From contig PLCF01000085.1 in the NCBI GenBank assembly GCA_003135555.1, forward strand, positions 184,589 through 248,588: a stretch of DNA of 64,000 nt, read 5' to 3'. Both the position numbers and the translations under genes were made by a program. The notes beneath the pieces are model-generated. The model saw only the letters and a program-made list of their open reading frames with translations. It ran no database searches and had not been told where the DNA came from. This document shows positions 9,682-18,912 of this stretch, piece after piece; positions within the stretch are counted from its first letter, which is position 1, and each line of letters starts with the position of its first letter. This DNA comes from Vulcanimicrobiota bacterium (lineage in GTDB: Bacteria; Vulcanimicrobiota; Vulcanimicrobiia; Vulcanimicrobiales; Vulcanimicrobiaceae).

Positions 9682-10401
9682 ATGACCGAAAGCCGATCAC
9701 CGATCGGCGCGTCGCTGGCGCGGCAGGTCTTGCTGACGGTTACACCCTGGCTGGCCGGGCGCCCGTTCGATCAGCTCGCCGTTCTCGACATTGGATGCGG
9801 CTTCGGGGCCACGGCGATCGCGCTGTCGCAATCGTGCCGACACGTCGTCGGGTTGGAGCCCATGGCCGGAATGGCCGAGGCGGCTCGCAACGCGGCCACG
9901 AGCTGCGCAAACGTCGACATCGTTCATGCCGACATCCTGAACTGGAACAGCGACGCGCGTTTCGATCTTGTGGTGCTCGACAACGTCTACGAACACGTCC
10001 ACGATCATCAGATGCTACTGACACAAGTCGTGAGGTTCTTGAAACCCAGCGGAGTGTTCTATATCGTCGTCCCGAACAAGCTATGGCCGATCGAAGTGCA
10101 CTACGGGCTTCCGTTCCTGAGCTACCTGCCGCTACGCTTCGCAAACCTCTACCTGAGGGCCGCCCACCGCGGCGAGGACTACACCTGGGCCAGCTTCGCA
10201 CCGACTTATTGGTCGATCCATCGCGATTTGCGCGCCTTTCCGCAATTGGAATACGCATTTACTCTTCCCGCCGACCTTTCGCTGACGGAGAGCGGCGCGT
10301 CGCCGATCTATCGCTTCGGCGCGTGGCTGATCGCCAAGAACGCGAAGTTCTGGGCGCTCTCCAAAGCATTCGTGGTCATCGGTAGGCGGCGGGAACTGTA
10401 A
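9682..10401 (+). CDS. Class I SAM-dependent methyltransferase
   Basis: VLDIGCGFG, FDLVVLDNVYEHV, LKPSG. Confidence 0.88.
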   Translation: MTESRSPIGASLARQVLLTVTPWLAGRPFDQLAVLDIGCGFGATAIALSQSCRHVVGLEPMAGMAEAARNAATSCANVDIVHADILNWNSDARFDLVVLDNVYEHVHDHQMLLTQVVRFLKPSGVFYIVVPNKLWPIEVHYGLPFLSYLPLRFANLYLRAAHRGEDYTWASFAPTYWSIHRDLRAFPQLEYAFTLPADLSLTESGASPIYRFGAWLIAKNAKFWALSKAFVVIGRRREL

Positions 10402-10402
10402 C

Positions 10403-11218
10403 GTGGATTTGCAGCGCTCCCCGCTACTGACCGTGCTGATGCGCGTCTACAATGCCGAAGACCACGTCCACGAAGCCATCCGATCGGTACTCTTGCAAGG
10501 GTTCGTTGACTTCGAACTGCTGATCGTGGAGGGCGCGTCCTCTGACAGGTCGGGCGAGATCGTACGCTCCTTCAGCGATTACCGAATCCGCATCGTGCCG
10601 CAGACCGGGCTAGGGAAGAACGACGCATTGGCGTGCGGGCTCGCCGCCGCACGAGGGCTGTATCTGGCGATCCAAGACGCCGACGACCTCAGCCTGCCCA
10701 ACAGATTCGCGCGTCAGGTGTCTGCCCTTAACGGCGATGCCGATATGGTCATCGTCGGAAGCTGGGTATCCATCATCGAAAAGCGCGGGGCCGAAATCGG
10801 CGTGCGCACATACCCACTCGACGACGCAGCGATCCGCCGCGCTATGGCGTTGTACAATCCGTTCGCGCACTCGGCAGTGATGTTCCGACTGGCTCCTGCT
10901 CGCGCTTGCGGCGGCTACACCGACACGCAGGTCCTCGAGGACTACGACTTCTATCCGCGCCTGCTCGCATACGGAACGTGCGCGAACCTACCCGAGGTGC
11001 TGACGGCATACCGGTTGCACACCTACGCGACGGCACAGCACGTAAAGTTCATCCTCAAGGCGACGCTCGATACCAAGTGGAAGATGCACACCGTTTACGG
11101 CTATCGCTGGACCTTTCGAAGCGTTGCGGTATTCTGCTCGCAGTGGCTCATGCAGCTGCTGCCATCCCGTGTCGTCAACGTGCTCTTCCGCATCATTTTC
11201 ATCAAACGCCGAAGGTAA
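10403..11218 (+). CDS. Glycosyltransferase family 2
   Basis: VLMRVYN, QDADD (DxD), EDY. Confidence 0.9.
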   Translation: MDLQRSPLLTVLMRVYNAEDHVHEAIRSVLLQGFVDFELLIVEGASSDRSGEIVRSFSDYRIRIVPQTGLGKNDALACGLAAARGLYLAIQDADDLSLPNRFARQVSALNGDADMVIVGSWVSIIEKRGAEIGVRTYPLDDAAIRRAMALYNPFAHSAVMFRLAPARACGGYTDTQVLEDYDFYPRLLAYGTCANLPEVLTAYRLHTYATAQHVKFILKATLDTKWKMHTVYGYRWTFRSVAVFCSQWLMQLLPSRVVNVLFRIIFIKRRR

Positions 11219-11270
11219 GATCGAAGCGGGCTCGCGGGGAAACGTGCGACTCCCTGCGAATGCGCTGAAC

Positions 11271-12209
11271 GTGCGTTGCGTCGTAACGGGATGCGCTGGG
11301 TTCGTCGGAAGCACGCTAACCGACCGCCTCTTGCGCGATGGGCATTCAGTGGTCGGAATCGATAATATGTCGACTGGGCGCGAATCGTTTCTGATTTCCG
11401 CCCTGTCGTTGCCGGAGTTCACGTTTCGGCGTGCCGATGTCGTCGATCGCGCGTCGATCGAGCCGCTCTTTGTGGGCGCGGAGATCGTCTTCCATCTCGC
11501 TGCCAACGCCGACGTGCGCTTCGGTACGGACCATCCCACGAGGGACTTCGAGCAAAACGCGGTCGCGACGTTGAACGTTCTCGAAGCCATGCGAGCCAAC
11601 GGCGTCCCCAAGATCGCGTTCGCCTCGACGGGCTCGGTCTACGGTGAAGCCAGCCAGATCCCGACTCCCGAAAATGCTCTGATGCCGATCCAGACCTCGC
11701 TGTACGGGGCGTCGAAAGTCGCGGCGGAGGCTTTCATCGAGGCGTACTGTGAAGGATTCGGGATGCAAGCCTGGATCTTTCGATTCGTTTCGCTGCTTGG
11801 GGAGCGCTACACGCATGGCCACGTCGTCGACTTCGTGCGGCAGCTCCGCGAGCATCCCGAACGTCTCCATGTTCTCGGCGACGGATTGCAACGAAAATCA
11901 TACCTGTATGTCGGCGACTGCATCGACGCGATCGTAGTCGCTCTCGAGCGCGCAACAGCAAAGGTGAACGTGCTGAACTTAGGCGCGGATCAGTACTGCA
12001 CCGTTAACGACTCGATCGGCTGGATCTGCGAGCGCATGGGTGTCGACCCGGCCCGCACGTATTCGGGCGGCAAACGCGGGTGGATCGGCGACAATCCGTT
12101 CATCTTTCTCGATTGCGCGTCGATGCGCGCGCTAGGTTGGCGGCCAACGCGGTCGATTCAGGCAGCGGTGCATGGCACGGTCGACTACCTACTTGCGAAC
12201 GAGCAATGA
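11271..12209 (+). CDS. NAD-dependent nucleotide-sugar epimerase (GalE-like; candidate LmbM-type)
   Basis: VTGCAGFVGS, HLAANADVR, STGSVYG, YGASK; converges on the transaldolase operon. Confidence 0.88.
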   Translation: MRCVVTGCAGFVGSTLTDRLLRDGHSVVGIDNMSTGRESFLISALSLPEFTFRRADVVDRASIEPLFVGAEIVFHLAANADVRFGTDHPTRDFEQNAVATLNVLEAMRANGVPKIAFASTGSVYGEASQIPTPENALMPIQTSLYGASKVAAEAFIEAYCEGFGMQAWIFRFVSLLGERYTHGHVVDFVRQLREHPERLHVLGDGLQRKSYLYVGDCIDAIVVALERATAKVNVLNLGADQYCTVNDSIGWICERMGVDPARTYSGGKRGWIGDNPFIFLDCASMRALGWRPTRSIQAAVHGTVDYLLANEQ

Positions 12210-12219
12210 GGGGGTGGCT

Positions 12220-12963
12220 TCACAGCGAGAAGCCGGCCGCTTTCGCATCGTCGTGGAACATCCGCACGGTTTCGAGTGAATAGGCATCCAAGTCTTTGCC
12301 GACGTTGGAAAGCTTCTTGAGGATGTCGTTCGTCGCCGTGATGATGTGGCACCCCACGGTGTCGGCCTGAAACACGTTGAGAAGCTCTCTGGGGCTGGCC
12401 CAGATCAACTCAGCTTTCGGGCGGCTTGCCATCGCGGCGAGCGACCGCCGCACGTACGGAACCGGATCGCGCCCGGTGTCCGCGATGCGGCCGGCAAAGA
12501 GCGAGACGTACGCCGGCACGTCGGCTGCGAGTGCGGCAGTCACCTCGGAAACCTGCTCGACCGTCATGAGAGCCGTGACGTTCAACTTGATTCCAGCGGC
12601 CGAAAGGCGGCGCACGATCGGCGTCGCAGACGCACCTTTCGTATTCGTTACCGGGACCTTCACGTAGACGTTCTCACCCCATGACGCGATACGCGCGGCC
12701 TGGTGCTCCATCTCGTCGAAGTCGTCGGAGAACACCTCGAACGAAATCGGGCGGTCGGCGATCTTCTCGAGCACGCCGCGCGCGAAGGTTTCGTAGTCGG
12801 CGATCCCGGCTTTGCGCATGAGCGTGGGGTTCGTAGTGAACCCGGCAATGTAGGGCAGGGCGGCCATATCCAGCATGCCGGCCAGGTCCGCACCGTCGGC
12901 GAATAACTTTACCGACAGGGCCGCCACTGACGGCGCTGCAGTCAACTCATCGGGTGCTATCAT
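12220..12963 (-). CDS. Small transaldolase (MipB/TalC subfamily; candidate LmbR-like)
   Basis: KLFADGA, GFTTNPTL, ISFEV, YVKVP (Schiff-base Lys), NVTA, SLFAGRIAD. Confidence 0.92.
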   Translation of the reverse strand: MIAPDELTAAPSVAALSVKLFADGADLAGMLDMAALPYIAGFTTNPTLMRKAGIADYETFARGVLEKIADRPISFEVFSDDFDEMEHQAARIASWGENVYVKVPVTNTKGASATPIVRRLSAAGIKLNVTALMTVEQVSEVTAALAADVPAYVSLFAGRIADTGRDPVPYVRRSLAAMASRPKAELIWASPRELLNVFQADTVGCHIITATNDILKKLSNVGKDLDAYSLETVRMFHDDAKAAGFSL

Positions 12964-13507
12964 CGCAGATCCATCTCCAAGCCTCAGTGAGCGAGGCGAC
13001 GCCAGCGTCGTGGCCGACCGGGCTGCATTCGGCGTAGGAGCGTTCGATCCACACGGTCCGGCACCTCGCGCGCCGACCGGCTTCGATGTCGCTCCACCGG
13101 TCGCCGACCATGTACGACGCGTCGAGGTCGAGACCCAATTCGCGCGCCGCCCTGAGCAGCATGCCCGGCTTCGGTTTGCGGCACGCGCAGCCGTCTTGGT
13201 TGTCGTGAACGCACGTGTAGACGGCGTCAACGCCCACCGCGGCGCGGAGGCGTTCGTTGATCGCGTCGACGGCCGCGGCGGTCGTCGTGCCGCGGGCTAC
13301 GTCCGGCTGATTCGTGACGACGACGACCATAAACCCGCGGGCGCGCAAATCGGCGACGACGCGTGCCGCATCGGAATCGATCGCGAGCTCCTCGGGCACG
13401 GTGGGCGGGTACGGTTTGCCGTCGCGCACGACCGCGGCGTTCAGTACGCCGTCGCGATCGAAGAAGACCGCCGGCTTCAGCGCGGCGTCGTCGCGACCGA
13501 CTCCCAT
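12947..13507 (-). CDS. gmhB: HAD-IIIA heptose/octose bisphosphate phosphatase
   Basis: FFDRDGVLN, VTNQ, CxH...CxCRKPKPG, MVGDRWSD. Confidence 0.9.
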   Translation of the reverse strand: MGVGRDDAALKPAVFFDRDGVLNAAVVRDGKPYPPTVPEELAIDSDAARVVADLRARGFMVVVVTNQPDVARGTTTAAAVDAINERLRAAVGVDAVYTCVHDNQDGCACRKPKPGMLLRAARELGLDLDASYMVGDRWSDIEAGRRARCRTVWIERSYAECSPVGHDAGVASLTEAWRWICDDSTR

Positions 13508-14112
13508 TTCGTCGCGGCGGCCTTTAACAAGGGGTGCGTGACCAGCAGGTGCCAGACGACCGCTTGAAAAGCCTCAGCATGGGGCGTGACGTGCTCACCA
13601 TTGATGGTTGGAATGAGAACGCAGACATCCGCAACGGTCGCCGTGTAGCCGCCGTCACGGCCGACGATCCCCACGATCGTTGAGCCGACTTCGTGTGCGT
13701 ATTCGAGTGCGCGGACGAGGTTTGGGCTGACGTTACGCTCCAGGTCGCCGCCCCCGACCGAAAAAATGAGAATCGCATCGTCGGGCCGCAGGCGGCTCAC
13801 GCGCAGCCACTCCACGAAGACGGTGGCCCAGCCCTCGTCATTCGTGCGCGCCGTCAGTTCGGAGACGTTGTCGGTCGGAGCGTATGCCTCGAACCCAGCC
13901 AACTTGCGAAAATCATTCACGGCGTGCGATGCGTTACCGGCGCTCCCGCCGACACCGAGAATAAACAGGCGTCCGCCGCGCTCGCGAGCTGCGGCCAGCT
14001 TTACCGCCAGTGACTCGATCGCCGCCGCATCCAGCCCATCGATTACCTGGCGCGACTCGCGCAAGAACGACTCGCTGAAGCTCGTTGGTCGGGCGGAAGG
14101 GGCGGTAGTCAC
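13477..14112 (-). CDS. gmhA: SIS-domain phosphoheptose(-octose) isomerase
   Basis: GVGGSAGNASH, TARTNDEG, GRDGG, HAEAFQ. Confidence 0.85.
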   Translation of the reverse strand: MTTAPSARPTSFSESFLRESRQVIDGLDAAAIESLAVKLAAARERGGRLFILGVGGSAGNASHAVNDFRKLAGFEAYAPTDNVSELTARTNDEGWATVFVEWLRVSRLRPDDAILIFSVGGGDLERNVSPNLVRALEYAHEVGSTIVGIVGRDGGYTATVADVCVLIPTINGEHVTPHAEAFQAVVWHLLVTHPLLKAAATKWESVATTPR

Positions 14113-14810
14113 TTGTCGATCCTCATACGGCGTGCTGTTTCTTCAAGGCCTGTTGGCGAACCGATCTCAAAGGGCCGCGAGTCGACGACGTATGCCGTAA
14201 GCTCGTTATCGGCGATAAGACGCTGGTTCACGACCGTGAGATCGGCCGGCTGGCCCGGTGCCAGGGTCGCGAATGCATCGGCACTGAACGCGCTAAGGCC
14301 GGAGTCGACGTACTCGGCATCGGGCCAACGGACCTGCTTGTCATAGCGCGTCACCAGTCCGCCCGAGACCGACGCGTTTGGCGCGTCGGTTCCCGAACCT
14401 CGATAACGATAGACCGCCATGAGTCCGGCCCGCCCGGACGACTCGAAGGCGCGCACCACGTCCGAGTAGTCGACGGCATGGTACACATCTCCAAACGTTA
14501 CGAGGAAGCGGTCGCCCAACAGCGGCAAGGCAGCGCGAACAGCGCCCGCCGTGCCGAGCGGCACCTCGCCATCTGAGATGTACCTGACGTGGACTCCGAA
14601 CGCGGCGCCGTCGCCGGCATACTCTGCGATCATCTCACCAAGATAGCCGGTGAGCAGCACCACATCGCAGACGCCGCGCCGCCTGAGCGAGCGCAGCAGA
14701 GGGCCCAGAAACGGTTCGCCGTTGACGTCGATCAACGGCTTGGGGACCCGCAGCGTGTGCGGGCGCATGCGGATCCCAAGTCCTCCGCACAAGATTGCAA
14801 TCGGAAGCAC
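14109..14810 (-). CDS. hddC: Sugar-1-phosphate nucleotidyl(guanylyl)transferase
   Basis: ILCGGLGIRM..PKPL, PLGTAGA, FGD. Confidence 0.8.
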   Translation of the reverse strand: MLPIAILCGGLGIRMRPHTLRVPKPLIDVNGEPFLGPLLRSLRRRGVCDVVLLTGYLGEMIAEYAGDGAAFGVHVRYISDGEVPLGTAGAVRAALPLLGDRFLVTFGDVYHAVDYSDVVRAFESSGRAGLMAVYRYRGSGTDAPNASVSGGLVTRYDKQVRWPDAEYVDSGLSAFSADAFATLAPGQPADLTVVNQRLIADNELTAYVVDSRPFEIGSPTGLEETARRMRIDK

Positions 14811-14811
14811 G

Positions 14812-15795
14812 TCAGCTCATCGAAAGAACGGTCGTTCCCTGGGAATCGAAGTCGACCCGGACCTCGGGAAGTCCGGCTTCGCGCATCGCATGACGGAGCT
14901 GCGTCTTGTTCTCGGTGTAGAACAGAAGAAAGCCGCCGCCTCCGGCGCCGATCAGCTTGCCGCCGAGCGCTCCGTTCGCTCGCGCCAGCTGATACCAGCG
15001 GTCGATGCGCTCGTTCGTCATCCCCGCGGAGCGCACACGCTTGCGTTCCCAATGCTCGTGCATGATCCCGGCGAACATCCGCAGATCGCCGCCCTCGAGC
15101 GCAGCCAAGCTGCGCTGTCCGAGCTCCTTGACGTAGTGAAGGTCATCGATCATGCGGCGGTCCGTGTTCTTCGTGCGGTCGTCCTGATCTTTGAGGATCG
15201 CCGACGCCGAGCGCGTGTAGCCGGTGAAGAAGAGCATCATGCCGTCCTGCAGGTTATCGCGCGTTTCGGTGTCGATTCGAACGGCCTTGACGTTCACCGA
15301 TCCGTCGGGTGCGAAGTCCATCATGGTGATCCCGCCGTAGGCGGCGATGTACTGGTCCTGCTTGCCGATGGGCTCACCGAGCACGTCTATCTCGAGGTGA
15401 CAGGCCTCTTCAGCGAGCCGCGCCTTCGTGACGATCTCGTGGTTCATGGCGTGCAGTGCGCCGAGCAACGCCGTCGTAAAGCTGCCGGAGGAGCCCAGCC
15501 CCGTGCCCGCCGGGATGTCGGACATGCTAGCGATCTCCAGCGAGGTGACCGGCGTTCCCGTGAGACGCAGTGCTTCGCGAATGATCGGATGGGCGATCTC
15601 CTCGACCGCCGTGACACGTTCCATTCGGGAGTATTTAATGATGCACTCTTCTACGAACGTGCGGTGCAGCGTGATGTACACATACTTGTCGATCGCGGCG
15701 GCGACCAGAAATCCGCCGTGCTCGCGGTAGTACGACGGCAGGTCGGTGCCGCCGCCGCCGAGCGAGATGCGCAGCGGCGAACGAACGATGATCAT
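14812..15795 (-). CDS. hddA: GHMP-family sugar-phosphate anomeric kinase
   Basis: PLRISLGGGGTD, PAGTGLGSSG, GKQDQY, GAGGGGF. Confidence 0.9.
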   Translation of the reverse strand: MIIVRSPLRISLGGGGTDLPSYYREHGGFLVAAAIDKYVYITLHRTFVEECIIKYSRMERVTAVEEIAHPIIREALRLTGTPVTSLEIASMSDIPAGTGLGSSGSFTTALLGALHAMNHEIVTKARLAEEACHLEIDVLGEPIGKQDQYIAAYGGITMMDFAPDGSVNVKAVRIDTETRDNLQDGMMLFFTGYTRSASAILKDQDDRTKNTDRRMIDDLHYVKELGQRSLAALEGGDLRMFAGIMHEHWERKRVRSAGMTNERIDRWYQLARANGALGGKLIGAGGGGFLLFYTENKTQLRHAMREAGLPEVRVDFDSQGTTVLSMS

Positions 15796-16784
15796 GCGCG
15801 ACCTTCCATTGCGTACACCTGTTCAACGATCGCCAGCGCTGCGGCCGCGTCCTCGAAATTCGGCTGGGGCTCCCGGTCGAGGGCGATGTCGTCGAGAAAC
15901 GCCTGGTACTCCGCGGCCCAGGAGTCGTCTCCCATGGGGTACTCGTAGATCGTAGTCGGCGGCGGACCAAGTTGGGGCGTCATCGCATAGTACGAAAGGC
16001 GCTCGACGCCGTAGCTGCCGCCCAGGCCGCCGATCTCGAGCTTCCCGGTACGCCCGAAAATCTCGAACGAGAACAGATTCTTCCATTCAGTCCACGACGC
16101 GTGCAGCGAGGCGACCTGGCCGCGCGGCGTACGCAGCAGAAAGAACGCGTTGTCTTCGACCGGAGCGGCCCAGAAGTACGTCGGAACGGCGCCCGCGACG
16201 ACGCTGAAATCGCCGAGGAACCACCGTGCGAGGTCGACCAAGTGCATCCCCTGATCGATTGCCTCGCCGCCGCCCGAGACCTCGGGGACGAAGCGCCACT
16301 CTTTCTCGTAGCCAAGCCGACCGCCGTGGCCATAGCGGCCGCGGACGTGCGTGAGCTCGCCGATGCCGCCGCGGTCGACGATCTCGCGCGCTTGCCGAAA
16401 CGCCGGATGGTAGCGGTGATTGAAGCCCACGCGGACCTTGGCTCGGCTACGCGCAACCGCGGCGCGGACCGCGCCGAGCTCGCCGCTGCGGCGCGCCGCC
16501 GGTTTCTCGACCAACACCTGTTTCCCGGCGTCCGCTGCGGCAGCGGTGATCTCCGCCAGGACGTCGTGCGGGGTCGCGACCACGACCAGATCGATGTCCA
16601 TGCGAGTGACGATCTTGCGCCAGTCGGACGCCGGCTCGGCGCCACACGCAGTCGCAAGCGCTGCTGCTCGCGATCCGTTCGAATCGCACACTGCGCGCAA
16701 GCTTCCGGGCGGCATCGCGCGCGCGCGCTTCTGACCGATCAGGCCACAGCCGACGATCGCGGCCCTCGGGATCACCAGCTCCAT
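15792..16784 (-). CDS. Gfo/Idh/MocA-family oxidoreductase (candidate LmbZ-like)
   Basis: VGCGLIG, VEKP, GFNHRYHP, GGG..DQGMH. Confidence 0.9.
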   Translation of the reverse strand: MELVIPRAAIVGCGLIGQKRARAMPPGSLRAVCDSNGSRAAALATACGAEPASDWRKIVTRMDIDLVVVATPHDVLAEITAAAADAGKQVLVEKPAARRSGELGAVRAAVARSRAKVRVGFNHRYHPAFRQAREIVDRGGIGELTHVRGRYGHGGRLGYEKEWRFVPEVSGGGEAIDQGMHLVDLARWFLGDFSVVAGAVPTYFWAAPVEDNAFFLLRTPRGQVASLHASWTEWKNLFSFEIFGRTGKLEIGGLGGSYGVERLSYYAMTPQLGPPPTTIYEYPMGDDSWAAEYQAFLDDIALDREPQPNFEDAAAALAIVEQVYAMEGRA

Positions 16785-17623
16785 CCTCGGTCTTCCGGGA
16801 CGATCCTGCGCAGCGTTAGAACGTCACCGTCGAGCTGCTCTCGCCGCGCCGGGAACGTTCGCCACGGGTCCCAGGGTGCGGACACGAGCTTCCCGGTAAT
16901 GCCGTCGGCGTCGCGCGAGGCGAGAAAGACGCACAGCTCGGCGCCCAGCGTGAGCGGCGTTCCGCCGCTCTCGCGCTGCTTGAGCGACGCCTCGTAGAAG
17001 GCGTCTCCGACGGTCGCGGGACCCGCTGCGAGCACTTCGTGCAGGAGCCGCGTATTGAGCGCGCCGGGCGCGACCATGTTGACGTCGATGCCGGCCTCGC
17101 GCAGCTCTTCGGCAAGCGTCTCGCCGTAGCGCACGACGCCGGCCTTGGAGGCCGCGTACGCACTCAGGAAAGGCAGCGGCTTTGTCGCCCCCCCGCCGGA
17201 GAGGATCACAATCTTTCCCCGCGCGCTCCGCCGCAGCGCCGGCAATGCGGCACGGGTACAGTAGACGGCGCCGAGCAGATTGATGTGGATCGCATCGACC
17301 CAGCCGCGCCAGTCGACGTCTTCGATCCCGCCCATCGGTCCGTAGATGCCGGCGTTCACGATCAGCGCGTCGAGGCCGCCGAACGCGCTGGTGACGGCGG
17401 CGACGAGCGCGTCGACGTCTTCCTCGCGCGACACATCGGCGACGCGCGCTTCGATCCGCACGCCGGGATGCTGCTCGCGCAACGCATTCGCGGCGCGCTC
17501 GAGGCCGGCCACCTCACGTGCGCAAATTGCGACATCCGCACCCGCCATGGCGAACGAGTCCGCAATCGCGAGGCCGATCCCCTGCGATGCGCCAGTAACT
17601 AGGACGCGCTGCGGTGCGCTCAC
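16772..17623 (-). CDS. Short-chain dehydrogenase/reductase (ketoreductase)
   Basis: VTGASQGIG, NAG, YAASK; GTG 17623 overlaps the upstream stop. Confidence 0.9.
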   Translation of the reverse strand: MSAPQRVLVTGASQGIGLAIADSFAMAGADVAICAREVAGLERAANALREQHPGVRIEARVADVSREEDVDALVAAVTSAFGGLDALIVNAGIYGPMGGIEDVDWRGWVDAIHINLLGAVYCTRAALPALRRSARGKIVILSGGGATKPLPFLSAYAASKAGVVRYGETLAEELREAGIDVNMVAPGALNTRLLHEVLAAGPATVGDAFYEASLKQRESGGTPLTLGAELCVFLASRDADGITGKLVSAPWDPWRTFPARREQLDGDVLTLRRIVPEDRGWSW

Positions 17624-18912
17624 TCGGACACTTCCGCGGCGCCCGCCCCGCGTCCGAACGCGACATACTGCAAGGCCGTCGTTGCGCCCAAGGACTCTTC
17701 GAGGAATCGTGCCTGGTCGACGACGATACGCCGGCGCATCATCTCGAACACCGCGGGCGGAATCTCCCGGAACGCCGGCCACCCCGTAGAGATAACCGCC
17801 GCGTCCGCGCCCGCCAAGGCTGCGGCGGCCGAGGGGACGAGCTCGGCGATTCCTGCGAGCCGCCCGTCGCCGGCCGCGATCGCCGGATCGTAGGCTACGA
17901 GCGCGACCCCATCGGCGCGCAGCCGGTGCGCCAGCGCGACCGCGTTCGACCCGCGCAGCGTGTCGGTGCCGGGTTTGTAGACGAGCCCAAGAAGTGCGAC
18001 ACGTGGCGAAGGCACATCGCGCAGTGCCTCGCGCACGCGCTCGTACGTCCAGTTCCGGTGCTGGGAGTTGCTTGCCGCAGTGGCTCGAATTTGTTGTACG
18101 GGCACCCCCGTGCGGCCGGCGAGCGCAGCGAGAAAAATCAGGTCGCGGGCCAGGGTCCCTCCGGCGAATGCCTCTCCGGCGCGAACATACGCCTTCGGGC
18201 CGATGCGAAGATCGCTCTTGAGGCCGCGCTCCACGTCGCGCGCATCGGCGTCGGTCCGCTCGCATATCGCCGCGAGCTCGTTCGCGAATACGACCGAAGT
18301 CGCCAGGAACGCATTTATCGCGTGCTTCGTCATCTCCGCCGACTCGACGTTCATGGCGACTATCGCCGGCGCGAACGCGCGTAGCGCGCGCTGTATCGTT
18401 TCGAGGGCACGTGGCTCGCGCGTGCCGACGACGAACCGGTCGGGCGAGCGGAAGTACGCGATCGCCGACCCCAGCCGCAAATTCTCCGGAACCGCGGCGA
18501 ACGCAAAGCGGCCGCCGAGCCGGTGCTCGAGCTCGGCGACGCTCCCGACGGGAAGCTGCGACGAGACGGCGACGACAGCGCCGCCCGGCAACGCGGAGAG
18601 CAGGTTCGTAGCGCGCTCGAGCACCCTATCCACGTCGGGCCGGTCGGCGTCGTCGATCGGCGTGTCATAGCAAATCCACACGAGCTCTGCATGTGCCGCC
18701 GCCTCCGCATCGGCGCGAAAGACGAGACGGCCCGCGGCGCTTTGCGCTGCGATGAGTTCGCCCAGTCCAGGTTCCTCGACCGGAAGGCGGCCGGCCTCGA
18801 TCTCCGCGACGACCTTTGGCTCGTCGAGCGCAACGACATCATGCCCCTCGGCGGCGAGGCACGCTGCGGTCACCGTCCCGAGGTGCCACAATCCGGCAAC
18901 GGCGATCTTCAC
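17620..18912 (-). CDS. UDP-glucose/GDP-mannose dehydrogenase-family protein lacking the catalytic Cys (candidate LmbL-like)
   Basis: PENLRLG, AEMTKHAINAFLA, LGLVYKPGTDTLR; FAGGTLARD where GGSCFPKD is canonical. Confidence 0.88.
   Translation of the reverse strand: MKIAVAGLWHLGTVTAACLAAEGHDVVALDEPKVVAEIEAGRLPVEEPGLGELIAAQSAAGRLVFRADAEAAAHAELVWICYDTPIDDADRPDVDRVLERATNLLSALPGGAVVAVSSQLPVGSVAELEHRLGGRFAFAAVPENLRLGSAIAYFRSPDRFVVGTREPRALETIQRALRAFAPAIVAMNVESAEMTKHAINAFLATSVVFANELAAICERTDADARDVERGLKSDLRIGPKAYVRAGEAFAGGTLARDLIFLAALAGRTGVPVQQIRATAASNSQHRNWTYERVREALRDVPSPRVALLGLVYKPGTDTLRGSNAVALAHRLRADGVALVAYDPAIAAGDGRLAGIAELVPSAAAALAGADAAVISTGWPAFREIPPAVFEMMRRRIVVDQARFLEESLGATTALQYVAFGRGAGAAEVSE

Noticed and set aside
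14101..14108. GGCGGTAG ops/JUMPstart-like octamer
   Set aside because: It lies inside gmhA coding sequence on the antisense strand, not in an operon leader; likely chance.
17620..18912. Canonical ugd, or a pseudogene
   Set aside because: The catalytic Cys is missing so it is not ugd, but the ORF is full length and translationally coupled so it is not a pseudogene.
11271..18912. Lincosamide antibiotic biosynthetic cluster
   Set aside because: No amino-acid/propylproline, condensation, thiol-chemistry or resistance genes; the surroundings are surface-glycan genes.
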